Virus record (IMG/VR): IMGVR_UViG_3300034198_030405
DNA: 64,000 nt
Direction: 5' to 3' (one strand)
Source: an uncultured virus (IMG/VR IMGVR_UViG_3300034198_030405)
Lineage: Duplodnaviria > Heunggongvirae > Uroviricota > Caudoviricetes
In this document: positions 59,897 through 64,000 of the stretch, piece after piece
Numbering within the stretch: the first letter of the stretch is position 1
Layout of the letters: each line of letters starts with the position of its first letter
The notes under the pieces: generated by a model
The model's database searches: none
The model's input: only the letters and a program-made list of their open reading frames with translations
What the model was told of the DNA's origin: nothing
Translations under genes and position numbers: made by a program

Positions 59897-61149
59897 ACAA
59901 TGATTTGCTCAATGGGCTGAGCTTCATAGACAATTTCTACAGGGCGCAAATCAGGTGTCATGAGGGTCTTTCTAGGATTAATGCCCATGAGATGGTACAT
60001 TGTAGCAGCTAACTGACCGGGGGTAACTGGATCTGTATCTGGTTCCGATGCTAATGCATCACTGGTTCCATATGCAAATCCTGCCTTGGTTCCGCCCCCA
60101 GCAAGTACAGAAGAGAATACACGAGGCCAATGATCGCGGCCATTGGTTTGATTGATTTTAGGTGTGCGTCCAAATTCAGATGTAACTAAGACTAATGTAG
60201 AATCAAGCAATCCGCGTTGCCTTAAGTCTGCAATAAGTGCAGCAAAAGCTTTATCAAAACTAACCATGTTTTGCTCAAATGCACTCTTGATGTTGCTATG
60301 ATGATCCCAGCTACCATATGTTACGGTGACCATTCGAACACCTGCTTCAACCAATCTACGTGCAAGCAGCAATCGCTGACCAGCAGCATTTTTTCCATAT
60401 GTCTCTCTTACTGAATCTGTTTCTTTTGATATCTCAAATGCTTCACGAGCCTGGGTAGAAGAAATCATATTATAAGCATCATTATAAAACGAATCAGATG
60501 CTTTAATTGCATCAGCACGTGATTCTCTTGTTTTAAAATAATCATCTACAATGCCGAGCATTTTTTTGCGTCGCTCAAACATCTCATTTGTCACACCAGT
60601 GGGCAGTTTTAGATCCCTGACTACAAACGATGGATCCTCTGGATTTGAGCCTAGTGCAAATGGTCCGAAACGGGTTGATAAGTAACCAGTGCCATTCTCG
60701 GGAGCAAATTGATTTGGCACGAGCACATACGCGGGTAGATTGTTTCTACTGCCGAGCTCATGATTAATAACGCTTCCAAAAGAAGGGTAAGATAATGCTG
60801 GAGATGGCTTGTAGCCTGTGAGCATATTATGTACTCCGCGCTCATGAGCAGCTTCACCATGTGTCATGGATCTTATGACTGTCAATTCATTGCTAATATT
60901 TGCCGTATTTTGCAGCAAAGAGCCAAAATAAACTCCATCAATTTTAGTCTTAATACCTCCAAAAGGTCCCCTGTAATCAGACGATCCATTGGGTTTATAG
61001 TCCCATGCATCCTGATGTGCAATGCCGCCAGGTAGGAAAATTTGAATTACAGATGTTGCTTTTGCTGCATTTGTAGATTGCGCTCTGAGTAAAGCAGGAA
61101 GTGATGCACCTGCTGCAGCACCTACTCGAATAAATTCTCTGCGGTTCAT
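59893..61149 (-). CDS. Second DUF1501 protein with Tat signal
   Basis: MNRREF; IFLPGGIAHQDAWD.KP, YG..AAGQRLLLARRLVEAGV, WDHH, EFGRTPKIN..GRDHWP. Confidence 0.9.
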   Translation of the reverse strand: MNRREFIRVGAAAGASLPALLRAQSTNAAKATSVIQIFLPGGIAHQDAWDYKPNGSSDYRGPFGGIKTKIDGVYFGSLLQNTANISNELTVIRSMTHGEAAHERGVHNMLTGYKPSPALSYPSFGSVINHELGSRNNLPAYVLVPNQFAPENGTGYLSTRFGPFALGSNPEDPSFVVRDLKLPTGVTNEMFERRKKMLGIVDDYFKTRESRADAIKASDSFYNDAYNMISSTQAREAFEISKETDSVRETYGKNAAGQRLLLARRLVEAGVRMVTVTYGSWDHHSNIKSAFEQNMVSFDKAFAALIADLRQRGLLDSTLVLVTSEFGRTPKINQTNGRDHWPRVFSSVLAGGGTKAGFAYGTSDALASEPDTDPVTPGQLAATMYHLMGINPRKTLMTPDLRPVEIVYEAQPIEQIIV

Positions 61150-61178
61150 ATGTGTATTTAACCAGTGTATATTACATT

Positions 61179-61508
61179 TCAATTGCTCTTATTATCGTCA
61201 AAGAACTTTATCGGATTTTTAGCAAATCTAGCAGCAATTTTTATTAAACCATTAATGAGTTCTGGGCTAACTACACCCACCACGCCATATACAATGGCTT
61301 TGGTTAAGCTAGCAAGTTCAGTCTGTTCAAGCACAAACCATGCAATGCCAGAGCAAAGAGATGCAGCAAGTATTCTTTTAAAAATTTCATAAGCTGAATG
61401 TCTTATTCCACTGCAAAGTATTCTTGCTCCCATGCCCGAAGCACCGACAATGAGGATAATCCACCCACCGCTTAAAAATTCATTAATTAAATTTTTGTGA
61501 TCGCTCAT
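61179..61508 (-). CDS. Small multi-pass membrane protein, holin-like
   Basis: Three hydrophobic segments and a charged C-terminus; TAAATA upstream. Confidence 0.55.
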   Translation of the reverse strand: MSDHKNLINEFLSGGWIILIVGASGMGARILCSGIRHSAYEIFKRILAASLCSGIAWFVLEQTELASLTKAIVYGVVGVVSPELINGLIKIAARFAKNPIKFFDDNKSN

Positions 61509-61600
61509 TATTAATATTTATTTTTTGAGCTAGCTTAAAATGAAAAAATAAAAAAAATATAATAATGCTGCCATTATTATATTTTTTAGTGTAGAAGTTT

Positions 61601-61762
61601 TTAATGTATGGGTTTGACGGCACTATCATCGTCATCGTCATCATCATCGTCAAATTCTTCGTGCTTAGGGGCAAAACTACATTCTAGGATGAATATAATT
61701 GTAATGACACCAACAACCCAGCCGCAGAAGAAAGCGCCTATTAAAGATATATAATTAATCAT
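61601..61762 (-). CDS. Small membrane protein with a poly-Asp tail (53 aa)
   Basis: Hand translation MINYISLIGAFFCGWVVGVITIIFILECSFAPKHEEF(D)9SAVKPIH. Confidence 0.45.
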   Translation of the reverse strand: MINYISLIGAFFCGWVVGVITIIFILECSFAPKHEEFDDDDDDDDDSAVKPIH

Positions 61763-61801
61763 AAGTTAAGAAGGATAAAATAAAATATACTAAATTATTC
61801 A

Positions 61802-62023
61802 TTACAAATCAATATCATCAGAACCTAATTCCTCCTTCATTGCATTCATCATGTCATTGAGTGCATATACAGCTTCTTCTTTTGTCATAGACTCATGCCA
61901 ATAATCATCAATTAAAAGAATATCGGGTAAGTCCATGTAGCTCAGATTGAAGCTACTATTACATTTTTTATCCCATGCTTTGATGAATGACTCTAGAGTG
62001 ATGTGTGTATCTGTGTTGTTCAT
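61802..62023 (-). CDS. Hypothetical protein
   Basis: Acidic 73-aa ORF, DLPD motif. Confidence 0.55.
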   Translation of the reverse strand: MNNTDTHITLESFIKAWDKKCNSSFNLSYMDLPDILLIDDYWHESMTKEEAVYALNDMMNAMKEELGSDDIDL

Positions 62024-62030
62024 ATTTAAA

Positions 62031-62318
62031 TTATGTTTTGGGTGATTCTTTTTGCATTTCTTCAGATCCTGTTTTTAGAAATGCGGACTGTGCAAACGTC
62101 GGTTCAAAATCCTGCCCGTCATTAATGACTGCTAAACCTGTAATGTCTATGAGGTCCTTGCGAAGAAGACTCAGCAGCGTCTCTGCAATTAGAGCCTTGG
62201 CGACCCAATCTTCAATAATGATGCGCTCAGAGCTGCGAATTTCATTGCGGTCAAAATCATCTACAATCTTAGTGTAGAGATCGGGATCAGATTCATATAA
62301 TTTACTGTTCATTTGCAT
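62031..62318 (-). CDS. Hypothetical protein
   Basis: 95-aa ORF. Confidence 0.55.
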   Translation of the reverse strand: MQMNSKLYESDPDLYTKIVDDFDRNEIRSSERIIIEDWVAKALIAETLLSLLRKDLIDITGLAVINDGQDFEPTFAQSAFLKTGSEEMQKESPKT

Positions 62319-62609
62319 TTAATGTATGATGAGTCAATAGGCTATCAACTAAAAATATATGTCATAGTAAAATTTAAATAAAAACTTATCTTTTATAAGA
62401 GTGTTATACCGCTGGCTGTAATGCACGACTTCTTTTTAGATGCACATTTAGCATAAATAATTGTATGAATTTTTTTTGCAGTTACTACTTTTTTAAGAAA
62501 TTTTTGCTGTTGTGTAGTTAATATGGATATTCTACTTCTAGTTTCAGGTTTATTGGGTGTTGCTTTTGGTCTCTACCTTATAGTAACAGCTAGATGAAAT
62601 GATTTTTAT

Positions 62610-62675
62610 GGACGGTAACGCTCCGTCTTTTCTCAGACCACAACTGAGGGCGATGACTTTCGTACGACGAGAGGA
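62610..62675 (-). pseudogene. tRNA-His(GTG) remnant
   Basis: Anticodon arm CTCAG-TTGTGGT-CTGAG and T arm GACGG-AGCGTTA-CCGTC are present; there is no pairing 3' acceptor strand or CCA. Confidence 0.6.
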
Positions 62676-62684
62676 TTTTAAAAA

Positions 62685-62758
62685 TGGTACCTGGTGTGGA
62701 AATCGAATACCTATTGAGGCTTTAGAAGAGCCTATCTTATCCATTAAACGAACCAGGC
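62685..62758 (-). tRNA. tRNA-Arg(TCT) with a poorly paired T stem
   Basis: GCCTGGT/ACCAGGT-A-CCA acceptor; AGGCT-CTTCTAA-AGCCT anticodon arm; T stem AGGTA/TCCAC is mismatched. Confidence 0.7.
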
Positions 62759-62817
62759 ATTTGTTGTTTAACAAAACTATTATAATATGTTTACTATTTA
62801 AAAACAACTAATAAAAT

Positions 62818-62883
62818 TGGCGGCCCGTTAACTTCACCTGAAATTTGGAATCTCAGATGCCTAGGATTAACCAGCGACGGGCC
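62818..62883 (-). ncRNA. tRNA-Trp(CCA)-like RNA lacking the T arm
   Basis: GGCCCGT/ACGGGCC-G-CCA acceptor, CTGG/CTAG D stem, 9-bp stem closing TTCCAAA, 6-nt linker in place of the T arm. Confidence 0.6.
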
Positions 62884-62912
62884 AAGCGCTGGAGACGCAC
62901 GCGTACTAGAAT

Positions 62913-62995
62913 TGGAGGACATACAGAGTATCGCACTCTGCGTAGGAATTTAATCCACGTGGTTTTGCAGACCACTGCGTTCACTAGCTCGCTAT
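62913..62995 (-). pseudogene. tRNA-Cys(GCA) remnant
   Basis: GTGGT-CTGCAAA-ACCAC anticodon arm, CAGAG/CTCTG T stem and 3' CCA are present; the 5' acceptor strand does not pair. Confidence 0.6.
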
Positions 62996-63012
62996 TTGAA
63001 AATTGAAAATTT

Positions 63013-63152
63013 AGCGCCACACGGGGTAGCAAAGCCCGCTGGCGCTCGCAGAACATTCGCAAAGCTTGTGCAAGCGCGCTTACTATCAGAGCCGTCAGAG
63101 GTACTCGGCTTGCAAGATCGACCTCTGAGATTGCGGTTGATTGAATGTTCTG
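63013..63152. ncRNA. Unassigned structured RNA candidate within the tRNA array
   Basis: GC-rich island with perfect stems AGCGCCA/TGGCGCT, CAGAACATTC/GAATGTTCTG and TCAGAGGT/ACCTCTGA. Confidence 0.5.
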
Positions 63153-63156
63153 AAAT

Positions 63157-63232
63157 TGGTGCCCGAGGTGAGACTCAAACTCACGATAGTCTGCGTGTAA
63201 GGCAGATACTTTAGTCACTAAGTTACTCAGGC
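63157..63232 (-). tRNA. tRNA-Val(TAC)
   Basis: Full cloverleaf; TCTGC-CTTACAC-GCAGA anticodon arm; CCA encoded. Confidence 0.9.
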
Positions 63233-63240
63233 ATTTAAAA

Positions 63241-63402
63241 TTATTTTTTCTTCTTGAACCAACATATGATTTTTTTGATTAAATCCAGCGAGATAATTGG
63301 AATGAACCCTTCTCTATAGCCGTATTTCTCAGCATTTTTTATATCTTGTGCCTTTTGCAAATGATTACTTTGTTCATTCCAGCTTTCGTTATTTTTATTC
63401 AT
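63241..63402 (-). CDS. Small hypothetical protein inside the tRNA array
   Basis: MNKNNESW...; start placed downstream of tRNA-Met. Confidence 0.4.
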   Translation of the reverse strand: MNKNNESWNEQSNHLQKAQDIKNAEKYGYREGFIPIISLDLIKKIICWFKKKK

Positions 63403-63409
63403 ATGAAAT

Positions 63410-63496
63410 TGGTTGCGGGGGCTGGACTCGAACCAGCACAAGCAATAATGTCTTCTGGTTATGAGCCAGACGTGTTAACCGTTACACTACCCCGCG
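63410..63496 (-). tRNA. tRNA-Met(CAT), initiator-like, with a long variable region
   Basis: C1:A72 mismatch, TCTGG-CTCATAA-CCAGA anticodon arm, GCTGG-TTCGAGT-CCAGC T arm, ACCA end, 16-nt variable region. Confidence 0.85.
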
Positions 63497-63538
63497 TTTA
63501 AAATTTAAATTAGACCACTTACTTACAATTTTGAAATT

Positions 63539-63566
63539 TGGCTCCCAAGCGTGGGGTTGAACCACG
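63539..63566 (-). pseudogene. 3' tRNA fragment (T arm, acceptor strand and CCA)
   Basis: CGTGG-TTCAACC-CCACG-CTTGGGA-G-CCA with no 5' half. Confidence 0.6.
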
Positions 63567-63581
63567 TTCAACTGTTTAAAT

Positions 63582-63656
63582 TGGTGAACCTTAACGGTAA
63601 TGCTCCGTTTTCTAGAAGTTAAAAGCTTCTTGCTTCACTGTTAAAGCTTAAGGTTC
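63582..63656 (-). tRNA. tRNA-Lys(TTT)
   Basis: GAACCTT/AAGGTTC acceptor, AGAAG-CTTTTAA-CTTCT anticodon arm, non-canonical T loop AGCATTA, CCA. Confidence 0.85.
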
Positions 63657-63673
63657 TTCTGTTAAAAGGAAAT

Positions 63674-63725
63674 TGGTCGCTCCCATGGGATTTGCACCCG
63701 TATCATTACAAGTGCCTACGGAGCA
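63674..63725 (-). pseudogene. Internally deleted tRNA-like element (acceptor stem and T arm only)
   Basis: TGCTCC/GGAGCG acceptor, ACGGG-TGCAAAT-CCCAT T arm, ACCA end; no D or anticodon arm. Confidence 0.5.
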
Positions 63726-63769
63726 TTAAAATTAATGCTTAGATTTTCAATATACCTGATGTATATCGA

Positions 63770-64000
63770 TTAACGCTGAAACGCTCTGCCTAGTATAGGC
63801 TTTTGTTGTGGAGCAGCTACATTACCTGTAGTAAGCTTTTCAACCTCTTGTTTAAATGCGTCTAAGCTTTTAAATTGCTTTTGATCTAAACTAGCAAGCA
63901 ATTCACTATTATTCGGCGTTGGTGATTTAAACGACGTACCTAAAATTTTATTTGCATCACCCTTTACTGAGACAGTAACGATACCATTATACACTGCTAT
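63770..64000 (-). CDS. Hypothetical protein, C-terminal part (start probably beyond the right edge)
   Basis: ORF reaches the window end. Confidence 0.5.
   Translation of the reverse strand: MAVYNGIVTVSVKGDANKILGTSFKSPTPNNSELLASLDQKQFKSLDAFKQEVEKLTTGNVAAPQQKPILGRAFQR

Noticed and set aside
55751..61149. Host chromosomal contamination or a prophage boundary
   Set aside because: The genes share the phage's AT-rich composition and TAAATA-ATG layout and are flanked by phage genes on both sides. Read-level confirmation is still advisable.
62550..63218. ORFs 62550-62807, 62599-62811, 62853-63218 and 62996-63214
   Set aside because: They overlap tRNA or structured-RNA sequences and have no protein-like features.

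Overview
This is a 64 kb AT-rich segment of a large T4-like myovirus genome. It carries T4 core homologues (gp43 N-terminus, gp46, gp47, gp55, UvsW, UvsY, gp62, GroES/gp31-like, gp5-like hub, gp23, gp22, gp21, gp13, gp20, gp15), NrdA/NrdB, PhoH, UvsE, a DinG-like helicase, ClpP, a 13-gene glycan-modification island and a partly decayed tRNA array. The host is probably a PVC-superphylum bacterium (Verrucomicrobiota/Planctomycetota); this is inferred from DUF1501 and DUF1549/DUF1553 genes and a Chlamydia-type R2. Highlights: (1) a PVC-type exported module (heme-c motif DUF1549/1553 protein, two Tat-signal DUF1501 paralogues, a flavodoxin-like protein) sits in the virion gene block, each gene with its own late-promoter motif. 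(2) A 7-deazaguanine DNA-modification pathway is present (folE, queD, queE, queF, DpdA-like transglycosylase, PurN-like DpdN), predicting formyl-preQ1; queC is not in this window. (3) The DNA polymerase gene is broken at its Exo I motif, with a 14-bp direct repeat and an HNH endonuclease. (4) Both promoter classes sit 5-6 nt from start codons, suggesting leaderless mRNAs. (5) An HNH plus methyltransferase cassette is bounded by a duplicated terminator. (6) The R2 subunit lacks the radical tyrosine (class Ic-like). (7) Aberrant tRNA-like RNAs and an unexplained structured RNA lie in the tRNA array. All calls come from recognising motifs by eye; no searches were run.
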